Shown here: positions 10,319 to 20,076 of the stretch, in pieces
How positions within the stretch are numbered: the stretch's first letter is position 1
How the letters are laid out: each line of letters begins with the position of its first letter
Assembly: GCA_964481205.1 (NCBI GenBank)
Contig: CAYZYE010000001.1
Coordinates: 16,552-80,551 of the forward strand
Source of the DNA: an uncultured Anaerolineae bacterium
GTDB lineage: Bacteria; Chloroflexota; Anaerolineae; JAFGEY01
DNA length: 64,000 nt
Direction of reading: 5' to 3'
Program-made: the position numbers and the translations under genes
The notes under the pieces: model-generated
Databases searched by the model: none
What the model was told of the DNA's origin: nothing
What the model saw: the letters and a program-made list of their open reading frames with translations, nothing else

Positions 10319-12046
10319 TCACTCGGCGGCGTTCTCGGCCTGGATCTCGGCCGAATTTCGGAGTTGCACAACTACCTCCGGCAAGCCAAGCGTCTGGCGC
10401 ACCTGCTCCACCGCCGTCCGGAGCACGGTCTCGATGTCTAGCGTCTGGCGGATACGCGAAGTCACCTTACCCAACATCTGCTGGTGCGCGGCGCGAAGCT
10501 GCGTCTCCTGATACAACCGCGCGCTGTCCAGCGTCCCGCTCAACTGTGCGACCAGCGATTGCATAAACTCGACTTCGTCCTCGGTCCAATCCCCCATTGA
10601 TTCATCCTTGCACAGGCGAACGACCCCTTCCACATTGTCGCGAATGTCGATGGGAATCAACAGCGTTGTCCCGTCGGCCCGAACCAGTTGATTCTGTCGA
10701 TATGCGGCGACCATATCCGGCAGCCACCGGTGGTCAGGCTCGGTTACACCTTGCGCATCACACAAATAGCCAATGCCACCGGGCGTGCCAATGATCTGAC
10801 GCCAGGCATCGCGGCTGATCTCGCCATACGCGACACGCTGCGCCTCCAAAGTCTCCTGGATCTGGTCAAACAGAGCGACATTCTCGATTGCAATAGCCAA
10901 CTGATCGGCCAACACCTGCAAAATAGACACATCGTCCCGCGTAAAAGCGTTGCTTTGCACACTCTGCACATCGAGCACGCCCAAAACACGTTCACCGACC
11001 TCGAGCGGCAAGGCAACTTCCGAGCGTGTCTTTGGCAAGAGTGGATTGGCAAAGTGATGCGCGTCCTTGCCCACATCAAGTGCAACGCGCGACTGGCCCG
11101 TTTTGGCCACATCGCCGACAATGCCCTGCTCACCCACCCTCAAGCGGTGCCCTTGCGAAAGCATCAACTTACCGCCCTCGCTGTTACTCGCCCGCAGCAC
11201 CGCATATTGAACCGGCGTCTCCCGGCCAACCTCATCCAACATAAATATGCCCACGTGGTACACATCCAGATATTGACTGATCAAATCAGCGGCCTGCGCC
11301 AACAGCTGCTCCTGATCTCGAATCATGGCCGCGGCGCGCCCGACCTGGACAACGGCCTCCAATCGCTGCGCGCGGTTCGCCAACGACGCTCGCACGACCT
11401 CAAGCTCACGGTTGACCTGAGTCTGATCGTACTCGTTACGACGCGCCTTGGCCAGCGCCGCGTTCAGGTTGTGCAACGCAGAACGCAACAACAGATCGGC
11501 CAACAACACAAGAATGCCGATAAAGATCAAATCCGAGACGGTCACGGGTGTGCCCGGATACTGGACCAAACCAAACACCTGGATCACATATCCGATCCCC
11601 AGGCAAAGCAAAGTCAAAATCGTAGTCAAACGCATCGCCCGTCTGCCCAACAGCAAACCAGACAACACAACAATGATCAAATACTCGGCTGGACCCTGAT
11701 CGGCATTGACGCCGGCAAAAAACAAAACCCAAACCGTCATCACCAGCCATAACAACGAGACCAGAATACCGCCGGCAGCCGTCACGTGACCGCGTTGGGC
11801 AACCAGGATCAACCCCAAACTGATCAGGCATACCACCAGCCCAATCAAGATCACAAAAACCTCTTGCAAATTTCGCGGAAGACCATTCACAATGAGCAGC
11901 AAAACGACCATAGTCAGAGTTGCCGCAAACAGCGTGAGCAGCACCGTATACAACAAACGAACAGTCTGGCTTTTGTCCTCGTCCTGAAAAACCGGAGGCG
12001 TAACGAACCGCTTGATTCGATTCAATATCCTGGTCAATATCCTCAT
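10319..12046 (-). CDS. Polytopic membrane (about 6 TM) GAF-GAF sensor protein, no output domain
   Basis: ATG start. N-terminal hydrophobic helices, then a GAF (VYHVGIFMLDEVG..AVLRASNSEGG..GHRLRVGEQG..), then a second GAF-like C-terminal cap (..LDIETVLRTAVEQVRQTLGLPEVVVQL). Confidence 0.85.
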   Translation of the reverse strand: MRILTRILNRIKRFVTPPVFQDEDKSQTVRLLYTVLLTLFAATLTMVVLLLIVNGLPRNLQEVFVILIGLVVCLISLGLILVAQRGHVTAAGGILVSLLWLVMTVWVLFFAGVNADQGPAEYLIIVVLSGLLLGRRAMRLTTILTLLCLGIGYVIQVFGLVQYPGTPVTVSDLIFIGILVLLADLLLRSALHNLNAALAKARRNEYDQTQVNRELEVVRASLANRAQRLEAVVQVGRAAAMIRDQEQLLAQAADLISQYLDVYHVGIFMLDEVGRETPVQYAVLRASNSEGGKLMLSQGHRLRVGEQGIVGDVAKTGQSRVALDVGKDAHHFANPLLPKTRSEVALPLEVGERVLGVLDVQSVQSNAFTRDDVSILQVLADQLAIAIENVALFDQIQETLEAQRVAYGEISRDAWRQIIGTPGGIGYLCDAQGVTEPDHRWLPDMVAAYRQNQLVRADGTTLLIPIDIRDNVEGVVRLCKDESMGDWTEDEVEFMQSLVAQLSGTLDSARLYQETQLRAAHQQMLGKVTSRIRQTLDIETVLRTAVEQVRQTLGLPEVVVQLRNSAEIQAENAAE

Positions 12047-12052
12047 CGAATG

Positions 12053-15000
12053 CTATTCCTCATCACTCACCGGGGCGGAACCCATCCTGATCTCAACCTC
12101 TTTGAGTCCTAATGCCGCACGCATCTCGCGGACCGAATTTCTCAACACCGTATGTATATCGAGCGATTCACCCATACGCGCGGCAACCTGGCTCAACAAC
12201 CGGTCACGAACGGCGCGGCGCCGCGTGTCCTGGAGCAAACGCGCACTCTCCATCGACAAAGCCAGACGATTTGCCACCTGCTCGATCAGCGAAACGGTTT
12301 CCGCCGGCACAGCCCCCCCTTGAAACCGCAAATTGAGCACACCCACAACCTGATCCCGCAACTTGACCGGAACAGCCACCGCCCCCGACGCATCGGGCTG
12401 TTCTGTACCTGTACCGACCACCGGCTCACCCAACTCTAGTGCGCGGGCCGCCTCTGCCGAACGTTCAGGTGCAGGTTCGACGCCCAATCGACGATAACGA
12501 TAACCCAACGGCTGCGCGCCATGCGCCAATTTTTGCCACGCCTCTCGTGTATATTGCGCCGTCGAGGCCTGCAACTCTCGAACAGTCTGCTGCATCTGCT
12601 CGAACAAACGCACGTTTTGAATCGCCACGGCCAACTGATCGGCCACAATACTCAACGCCGCAACGTCCTCCTCGTCAAAACCGGCCACCCTGGCACTTTG
12701 CATATCCAACACACCGATCACCTGGCCGCCAACCTGAAGCGGCAGCACCACTTCGGATCTCGTATCGGGCAACAGCGGGTTGAGCACATAAGTGTCATCT
12801 CCGGCGACATCAAACACGGTGCGAAACTCGCCCGTCATCGCCACATGACCAATAATCCCCTCTTGCCCCACCCGGCGTCGATGTCCCTGCGCCAACAAAG
12901 CGCCGCCCACCTCACCGGTGGCCGCGGCAAGAACTGCGTACTCGCCTTGATCGTCGACCAGAAACACACCCACGTAATCGAACCCAAAACGATCATGCAC
13001 CAAATCAACCACACGATTCAACAGATCGCCCAACTCGCGGACCGAAGTCGTATCGCGCGCAACCTCAGACGCGGTTTGCAGCTGCACTGCCCGGCGGGCC
13101 ATCGCCTCGGCATACTGCTCCAAATCAGCTTCAACCTGCTTGATCTTGGTAACGTCACGGGTCAAACCCACAAGCCCGGTCACCCGTCCTGCCGCGTCGT
13201 GCAAAGGCACTTTGGTCGTAGAACCCCATTGATGCTCTCCGGTCGCTTGATCGATCACCTCTTCTTCATAATCGATCATTGACTCGTCGCGCGCCATCAA
13301 CGCCTGTTCAACCTCGTAATACTGGCTGGCAAACTCGCTGGGGAAAAAATCAAAATCGGTCTTGCCCAGCAACTCCTCCTGAGACCTGGCTCCCAACACA
13401 CGAATATGTGCCGCATTGTTGAGCACGAACCGGCTTTGGCGATCCTTGATATAAACATAATCGGGCAAGTTGTCAATCAATGTGCGCAGCAGCGCACGCT
13501 CTTGCACCAACTCGGTCTCGGCCTGACGACGCTGCTCGATCAAAAACGCGCCTTGCAGCGCATTTACGATCTCTTGCTGCACCGAACTATACAAGTTACC
13601 ATCTGCCGGGCCGATCTCGAAAACGGCAAAACCCAACGGCTGCTCTTGAGCATCCAGTGGAAAAACACCCACCTGATACGACCGCCCGTTGGGCCACACA
13701 TCGTGCGGAAGCAGCTGCCTGGTTGGATAATGCTGCTCTTGGGCAGAAAGCTCGATCCGCCTCGAATCGCGCCAGGCCAGCACAAGCCGAACCCCATCCA
13801 AAGGCCGCTCAGGATCGTCGTACAAAGCCAGATACCCGCTACGGATACCCATACCGGGCAGCTCCTGAGCAATGATCCGCGTCACATCCGCGACGCTTTG
13901 CCCAAGCATCATCCGCATCCCCAATGCACGCATCTGATCGCTCTGACGAACCCGCTCCAGCCGAAAAGCGATCTCGCTCCTTTGCACCTGATGCCCCACC
14001 AACGTCCGCGCCTGCTGCCACATCACCTCGGCCCAAGCAAGTTGATCGCTGTCCAACAGAGGACGCAAATACTCGCGCAGCGCCGACAATACCAGATGCC
14101 AGCGGCTGACCTGCCCGCGATCCAACGACACCTGGCGCATTACACTTTCAAATGTCGATAGAAAAACATCGCCCGGAGCCTCCAAACCGGCCCAAAAAGC
14201 CGACACCAATTGCTCGACGCTCCGCGCCAACAGATCAGGCGACATATGCGCGGCAATGCCTGCCAAAACGCGCGTCAGCGCCGGCGCAACCTGCGCGCGC
14301 GTGACCTCGACATCCCCCAAAAAACCGGCCGTCGAAATCTCATCGGGCCAACAGCCACATGAGCGGCGGATGACCATCTCGGCCTGTACATCCACTAAAT
14401 CCGGTGCCGGTTCGCCCCGAACCAAGGCCAACACCGTTTGCAATGCCCTGCGTCCAGATTCATAAAACGGCTTGCGCATCGTGGTCACCGCCGGCACAAC
14501 CGTCTCGGCACTGACCACATCGTTGAACCCAACCACCGACACCTCGCCCGGCACCGCCACGCCGCGCTCTTGCAGCACGACCAGCGCGCCAACCGCATAT
14601 TGCACCTCGGTGACAACCAGGGCATCAAAATCCACGCCCGGACGCAGATGACGCTCATCCAGCAACAACCGCATCGCCGCCGCGCCATCCTCGTCCCCCC
14701 ACCCCACCGGCGGGCTGGACAACCGCTCATCCACCACAAGGCCATGCGCTTCCAGCGTATCGCTCCAGGCGCGGACACGCTCTTGCGTCTCGAAATGCCC
14801 GTCCGGGCCGCGAATCAAGGCGATCCGACGCCGCTGGTGCGTCTCGATCACGTGATCGATCATCTGTCGCATTGCTACACGAGTATCCGTAAACACACAC
14901 GGAATTCCCGCCATAGGCGTTTCAACGTTCACGATCGGCAACCCGCGATAACGATCCAGAAACTCGCGCGTCTCGGCCTCATCCAGGTTCTCCAACACCC

Positions 15001-15262
15001 CAGCACCGTGACTACCCCATACGATCAACCCATCGAGCGTGTCTACGCTGGCCAGATCGAACACCACATTCGACGCAAACGCCCCTGTCCCCGGCCTGGC
15101 CTGAACGCCGCCGACAAAACAGACCAGATTGACCCCTTGCGCCCGCGCATAGTCCACCGCACCAAGCCACATCAACTGATAATGGGACAACCCACTGATC
15201 AACATCCCAATCGTCAGACGTTTTGTTCTATCCTTTGTCATTCCAGGATTATTCGTGTTCAT
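12053..15262 (-). CDS. Cytoplasmic PBP1 (LacI/sugar-binding-like) - PAS - GAF - GAF sensor protein, no output domain
   Basis: ATG start overlapping the upstream stop (ATGA). The N-terminal roughly 300 aa are a periplasmic-binding-protein type 1 fold (RLTIGMLISGL..VVGFNDV..) with no signal peptide. Then a PAS (LRTLIDNLPDYVYIKD..), tandem GAF, and cap ..LDIHTVLRNSVREMRAALGLKEVEIRMG. Confidence 0.85.
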   Translation of the reverse strand: MNTNNPGMTKDRTKRLTIGMLISGLSHYQLMWLGAVDYARAQGVNLVCFVGGVQARPGTGAFASNVVFDLASVDTLDGLIVWGSHGAGVLENLDEAETREFLDRYRGLPIVNVETPMAGIPCVFTDTRVAMRQMIDHVIETHQRRRIALIRGPDGHFETQERVRAWSDTLEAHGLVVDERLSSPPVGWGDEDGAAAMRLLLDERHLRPGVDFDALVVTEVQYAVGALVVLQERGVAVPGEVSVVGFNDVVSAETVVPAVTTMRKPFYESGRRALQTVLALVRGEPAPDLVDVQAEMVIRRSCGCWPDEISTAGFLGDVEVTRAQVAPALTRVLAGIAAHMSPDLLARSVEQLVSAFWAGLEAPGDVFLSTFESVMRQVSLDRGQVSRWHLVLSALREYLRPLLDSDQLAWAEVMWQQARTLVGHQVQRSEIAFRLERVRQSDQMRALGMRMMLGQSVADVTRIIAQELPGMGIRSGYLALYDDPERPLDGVRLVLAWRDSRRIELSAQEQHYPTRQLLPHDVWPNGRSYQVGVFPLDAQEQPLGFAVFEIGPADGNLYSSVQQEIVNALQGAFLIEQRRQAETELVQERALLRTLIDNLPDYVYIKDRQSRFVLNNAAHIRVLGARSQEELLGKTDFDFFPSEFASQYYEVEQALMARDESMIDYEEEVIDQATGEHQWGSTTKVPLHDAAGRVTGLVGLTRDVTKIKQVEADLEQYAEAMARRAVQLQTASEVARDTTSVRELGDLLNRVVDLVHDRFGFDYVGVFLVDDQGEYAVLAAATGEVGGALLAQGHRRRVGQEGIIGHVAMTGEFRTVFDVAGDDTYVLNPLLPDTRSEVVLPLQVGGQVIGVLDMQSARVAGFDEEDVAALSIVADQLAVAIQNVRLFEQMQQTVRELQASTAQYTREAWQKLAHGAQPLGYRYRRLGVEPAPERSAEAARALELGEPVVGTGTEQPDASGAVAVPVKLRDQVVGVLNLRFQGGAVPAETVSLIEQVANRLALSMESARLLQDTRRRAVRDRLLSQVAARMGESLDIHTVLRNSVREMRAALGLKEVEIRMGSAPVSDEE

Positions 15263-17547
15263 ATATTTTCTCTCGAGTCGGGCGATGCAATTTCAGGCAT
15301 ATCGATATGCACCGACACCTCGGTCACATTGGGCAACTGCCCAAGTTCGCGCACCGCGGTACGCAGCAACGTGTCCAGATCCAACGTGCGTGCAAACTCG
15401 GCCGAAATCTGGCCGACCGCCTGCTCGCGCGCAGCCTGCTGCTGGGTACTCTCGTACAATTGGGCGCTGTCCAACGCCTGCCCCAGGCGATCGATCAACA
15501 CCTCGAACAATTCAAGCTCGGCGGCCGACCAGCCCCCGGCACCCTCGCGCTTGCGGGCGTCGATCACACCGATCACCTGATCGCGGATGCGAATCGGCAC
15601 GGCTGCCGCCCCGCCGTCCGTCTCATCCTTGACCGTCTGATTCCGTCGCACGGCCAACGCCATCTCGGGACGCCACACCCCTTCGGCAGAGACAAAACGA
15701 CCGTTGCCATAACGATAGCCCCGCCCTAATTCGCGCTCCTGAGCGAGTTTGGCCCACACCTCGCGCCCGTACTCGCCAAAGGCCCGCTGCACGGCCTCCA
15801 ACCGATCCCGCGACTCTTGGAAAAGCCAGATATTGCTGATCGCCATCGCCATCTGGTTCGCCAAAGTCTGTAAAATGACAACCTCTTCTCGAGTAAACGC
15901 CTCCCTGCGCCGAGCGTGCAGGTCCAACACGCCGAGCACCTGACCGCGCGCACGCAGTGGCAAAGCCAACTCGGAACGCATATCGACCACATGTGGATGA
16001 CGAACATATGCCGGTTCGAGATCGGCATCGGCCACAACCAACGCATCCTGTCCAGAGGCAACCACCGACACCAGACCGGCGCCGTCCAATGGCAGGCGGT
16101 ACCCCTGCGCCAGCACACGCCGACTGCCACGGCCGGCCGCGGCCTGTAATTCAACCCACTCGCCCGACAAGTCGAGCATAAAGACGGCCGCATAATCGAC
16201 CTCAAACTGTTCACACATCCACCCGGCAACACGCGACAAAAGTTCCTGGGCATCCAAAATCGACGCCATCGCGCTGCCCACCTCGGTCGCAGCCTGCAAC
16301 ATCGCCGCATGCTGCCGCTCAGCCCGGACCTGGCTTTGCAAACTCGTAGAAGTCTGACGCAATGCCTGGCGCGTGCGGTCGAGCACATTTGCCAACGCGC
16401 CAATCTCGTCGGTAGACGAGACCGTGATCGCAGTATCGAGATCGCCCTGCCCCAAATTGTGCGCCAGCCGGCCGAGTTGCCGGATCGGGCGCACCAGCCC
16501 CAGGCTGCTCCACAGCCCCAGGCCGATCACGGCACTGATGCTCAACGCCAAAATCAACGCCGAAACCCACTCGTACTGCAAAAGCGGAGCCAACACCTCG
16601 TCTGCCGAACGAAACGAGACGATCGCCCACCGGTAACGATCCGTGCCCTTGGGCGCCAAAGAGGTAAAAGTGGCAAAATACGGCTCTAGACGCACCACAC
16701 CGTGCTCGTTCTTTTCATGCACCTTGGAAAACAGCATTGAGGCGACATCGGGATACTCTTGCCCAATAGTGATCCCCGTCTCCAGATCACGCCCCCACCG
16801 CTTTTCCGGTGACTGTGAATGGTACAAATAATACCCATCCTCGTCAATCATTACCACCAGCTCAGACAACTGGCTCTTGGCGCCCAGCGCGTCCAAAAAG
16901 TACGAGGCGAACACATTGACGATCACAATGCCGGACGGACGATTGTCGAACCACACCGGCGTCGCATACCGGATCACCGGTTTAAAAGGCCGCTCGATCT
17001 CGCCATGCTCCACGTTCAGGTCAAGCGGAGAAACCCAAACCTCGCCGCGCCGAGTCGCCATCGTCTCGGTAAAATAATACCGCCCCGCTTTGTCTTGCAG
17101 CTGGTCCTGGGGAACGGCAAACACTTGCTTGCCATCCGAATCGATGCGCACCACCTCCATCCCCGTCGCATCGAGATAACGCACCTGATAGTACACCCCC
17201 CGCACCTGCGACAGATTCAAAAATTCGTGCGCCACCGTGCGCAGCGCGTCAGCCTCGCCGGCCGCATCGCCGTCGGCCTGAGCCTGCAACAGCCGCGCCA
17301 ACCCATCCGCCCGGCTCAAAAACAGCACATCCTCGCGCACCCCAGACAAAAAGCGATCCACATCCGAAGCCAACGTATGGACATAATGCTCTTGCTCGCG
17401 CAGCACAAACCCGTAAACCATCTTTTTTGTTGTTTCAATACTATAGAGCATCGCCCCAAACAAGGGAAGCAATGAGACAGCCATGATCCCCAACAGCAAC
17501 TTGTTGCGAATACTAGAGGTAAAGAAGCGACGCACCTTTTGCCACAT
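15259..17547 (-). CDS. Cache-HAMP-GAF-GAF sensor protein, no output domain
   Basis: ATG with GGAGG upstream. TM, Cache-like ectodomain, TM, HAMP (..LANVLDRTRQALRQ..), tandem GAF, cap ..LDLDTLLRTAVRELGQLPNVTEVSVHI. Confidence 0.85.
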   Translation of the reverse strand: MWQKVRRFFTSSIRNKLLLGIMAVSLLPLFGAMLYSIETTKKMVYGFVLREQEHYVHTLASDVDRFLSGVREDVLFLSRADGLARLLQAQADGDAAGEADALRTVAHEFLNLSQVRGVYYQVRYLDATGMEVVRIDSDGKQVFAVPQDQLQDKAGRYYFTETMATRRGEVWVSPLDLNVEHGEIERPFKPVIRYATPVWFDNRPSGIVIVNVFASYFLDALGAKSQLSELVVMIDEDGYYLYHSQSPEKRWGRDLETGITIGQEYPDVASMLFSKVHEKNEHGVVRLEPYFATFTSLAPKGTDRYRWAIVSFRSADEVLAPLLQYEWVSALILALSISAVIGLGLWSSLGLVRPIRQLGRLAHNLGQGDLDTAITVSSTDEIGALANVLDRTRQALRQTSTSLQSQVRAERQHAAMLQAATEVGSAMASILDAQELLSRVAGWMCEQFEVDYAAVFMLDLSGEWVELQAAAGRGSRRVLAQGYRLPLDGAGLVSVVASGQDALVVADADLEPAYVRHPHVVDMRSELALPLRARGQVLGVLDLHARRREAFTREEVVILQTLANQMAMAISNIWLFQESRDRLEAVQRAFGEYGREVWAKLAQERELGRGYRYGNGRFVSAEGVWRPEMALAVRRNQTVKDETDGGAAAVPIRIRDQVIGVIDARKREGAGGWSAAELELFEVLIDRLGQALDSAQLYESTQQQAAREQAVGQISAEFARTLDLDTLLRTAVRELGQLPNVTEVSVHIDMPEIASPDSRENI

Positions 17548-17549
17548 GC

Positions 17550-19310
17550 CTACTCGCCTCCCCCCATACCCCCATCTTGGGCGATCAATGTCTGAGGCGG
17601 ACCAATGCGCACCACCAATTCGGACAAATCCAACATCTCGCCGATCTCGCGCATCGCCGTGCGCAGCACCGTGTCCACGTCCAACGTCGCGCGCATGCGC
17701 GCCGTCACCTCACCGATCAACCGCTGCTCCAACTCGCGGCGCTGCGTGTCCTGATACAACCGCGCGTTGTCCAAAGCGTCATTCAACTCTTGCGCCAACG
17801 TCGTCATCAACTCGATCTCTTGTTCCGACCAGGCGTCGCCGTCCGGCTTGCGCGCGCTGATCGCGCCGATCACCTGACCGCGTACCGTAATCGGCGTGCC
17901 CAAAGACGCATCCACCCTGGTTACCTGACCCGTTTGCAACACCTCTTGCATCGCCGGCCGCCACACACCGCCGGCCGGCCAGGTGCCGCGTTCATCCCTG
18001 ACCACCCCCAGGTCGGGTTGCTTGCGCAACATCTCTTGCCACGCCCCTTGCGTCAACTGACCATACGCCCGTCGCTCGGCCTCCAAACTGGCCTCGACCC
18101 GTTGAAAAAGACGCGCATTGCTGATCGCAACCGCAATCTGGTCGGCCAACGTTTGCAATACAATCGCCTCTTGCTCGCCAAACATCTCTGGTGTCGCACT
18201 TTGCACATCCAACACCCCAATAATATCTCCACGCGCCTTTAACGGCAACGCCACCTCAGACTGCGTGTCGGGCAAATCGGCGCTCTTGACAAATTCCGGG
18301 TCCACTTTGACATCCATGACAATCCGTGGCTCGCCCCGGTCGGCGACATTGCCCACGATCCCCTCTTGACCCACGCGCAAGCGATGTCCGCGAGACAACA
18401 TCCGCCGGCCGCCCTCGCTGGACACGGCAGCCAGCACCGCCCACTCGCCGCTCTGATCCAACACAAAAATACCGGCATGATAAAAGTCAAATTGTTCGCT
18501 GATCAACGCCACCACCCGGTCGAGCAAATCCTGTTCGTCCAACACCAAAGTCATCTCGGCCGCCACCGTAGCCGTCGCCTCCAGATAACGGGCGCGGTGC
18601 GCCAACTCGCGGGTACGCTCCTGCACCTGCCGCTCCAACGTGCGCTGCTGTTCCCCCAACTGCCCCGTTGTGCTGCGCAGCCGGTTCAGCGCCTGTTGCA
18701 GCGCCCGCACGTTCAAAAAAGTTAGCAACCCGGTCGACGAGAAAAGCATCAAGACGGCAAGATAGATCGAAGCAATATGCCGTCCCTCCAACCCCAGAGT
18801 AAACAAGGGACGATAAACACCCCAACGAGTCAAAAGCCCCAGCACGAACACGAACACCCCCACCCCGCCGGTCATCCCCAACGCATAATTGGGCGAAAGC
18901 AACGTGCCCGCAATCGACACCGTCCAAAAGTAAAGCATCACGCCGGGCGAAAGATGCCCATCGAACATCAAGACCGCAACACTAATGCCGGCAAAATTAC
19001 TCCACACATAAAATTGCAGCATCGCACGCACATAACCCCGTTTGACAAAGATCATACTCACGATCGACACCGGGATAAAACTGAGCGGAAGCGCAACCGC
19101 CAGCCACAGCGGAAAATCGCCCATCCCCAACCGGTGGACATACCAGAAAATCAACGCGATGCCGGTCACAACGCCAACTGTGATCACCAACACAATATTG
19201 AACACCCGACCCACACGGGCCTTCTCCTCGTCGGGCGTGTCCAGAGACACCAACCATTCCCACCATCCGACGATCCCCGCTCGCTGTTTTCCAGGTTGTT
19301 CACTCTTCAT
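17550..19310 (-). CDS. Polytopic membrane GAF-GAF sensor protein, no output domain
   Basis: Start moved to ATG at 19308-19310 (MKSEQPGKQ), which removes the overlap with the upstream gene. Seven predicted TM helices, then tandem GAF (FDFYHAGIFVLDQSGEWAVLAAVSSEGGRRML..), cap ..LDVDTVLRTAMREIGEMLDLSELVVRIG. Confidence 0.8.
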   Translation of the reverse strand: MKSEQPGKQRAGIVGWWEWLVSLDTPDEEKARVGRVFNIVLVITVGVVTGIALIFWYVHRLGMGDFPLWLAVALPLSFIPVSIVSMIFVKRGYVRAMLQFYVWSNFAGISVAVLMFDGHLSPGVMLYFWTVSIAGTLLSPNYALGMTGGVGVFVFVLGLLTRWGVYRPLFTLGLEGRHIASIYLAVLMLFSSTGLLTFLNVRALQQALNRLRSTTGQLGEQQRTLERQVQERTRELAHRARYLEATATVAAEMTLVLDEQDLLDRVVALISEQFDFYHAGIFVLDQSGEWAVLAAVSSEGGRRMLSRGHRLRVGQEGIVGNVADRGEPRIVMDVKVDPEFVKSADLPDTQSEVALPLKARGDIIGVLDVQSATPEMFGEQEAIVLQTLADQIAVAISNARLFQRVEASLEAERRAYGQLTQGAWQEMLRKQPDLGVVRDERGTWPAGGVWRPAMQEVLQTGQVTRVDASLGTPITVRGQVIGAISARKPDGDAWSEQEIELMTTLAQELNDALDNARLYQDTQRRELEQRLIGEVTARMRATLDVDTVLRTAMREIGEMLDLSELVVRIGPPQTLIAQDGGMGGGE

Positions 19311-19323
19311 CTTTGTACCCCGC

Positions 19324-19992
19324 TCAACCGCCAAACGCTTGAAAAGCCAGCGCGTAACAAACCCAAATCCAAAAGCCTTCAACCACGCCCAACGCCGCCG
19401 CCCATCCAAAACTCGACTTTTGCACCTTGCCGAGCAGCCAGGGCAAAGCGCCGACGATTAAAAACTCACCGGCAATGATATACCATGGCGTTGCGCCAAG
19501 CATCGGCGTGTTCCGATAATACCACCACTGCGCGCCCAACGCCCACTGCTCGTACAGCGGAATGTTGACTGCGCCGAGCAAGGCCGACAACAACATCGCC
19601 CAAACCAGCCCAAACCGCTGCCTAAACCGCCACCCGATATAAGCCAACTGGGTCAAAACCACACACCAGGCAAAGGGCATATATAGCGGCGAAGACAACC
19701 AAAACGGCCCACCGGGCACATAAACCAGCGTCTTTGTGGTTAAAACAAGATAGCGATCGGCCAACAACTCGACCAACCCCCCGACAATGCCAAAGAGAAG
19801 CAATTTGGGCAGCAAACTGTCACCTTTGAAATAAGCATAGCCCAGCATCAACAACGGGATCAAAAAAGAAATCACCGTCGCCGTAATCCATCCCCAGCCC
19901 AACAAAGAGCTGGTCGAATTCCAGATCAACGCCAGGGCCAACGTCCCCAACACAAACTTGTCTCGCAACGTCCAACCTTTACTTTTTACCAC
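19324..19992 (-). CDS. Integral membrane protein (6 TM), unknown function
   Basis: Continuous hydrophobic ORF between two sensor genes. The ORF-track start is TTG at 20076. GTG at 19990-19992 preceded by GAGGGGGAAA is preferred. No recognisable family. Confidence 0.5.
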   Translation of the reverse strand: MVKSKGWTLRDKFVLGTLALALIWNSTSSLLGWGWITATVISFLIPLLMLGYAYFKGDSLLPKLLLFGIVGGLVELLADRYLVLTTKTLVYVPGGPFWLSSPLYMPFAWCVVLTQLAYIGWRFRQRFGLVWAMLLSALLGAVNIPLYEQWALGAQWWYYRNTPMLGATPWYIIAGEFLIVGALPWLLGKVQKSSFGWAAALGVVEGFWIWVCYALAFQAFGG

Positions 19993-20076
19993 CAATTTCC
20001 CCCTCTTGAAGAACCAAATCTCTACGGCAACATTCCTCAATCCACCACCCGCCCCAGCAATCTGGGCCGCGCACAA

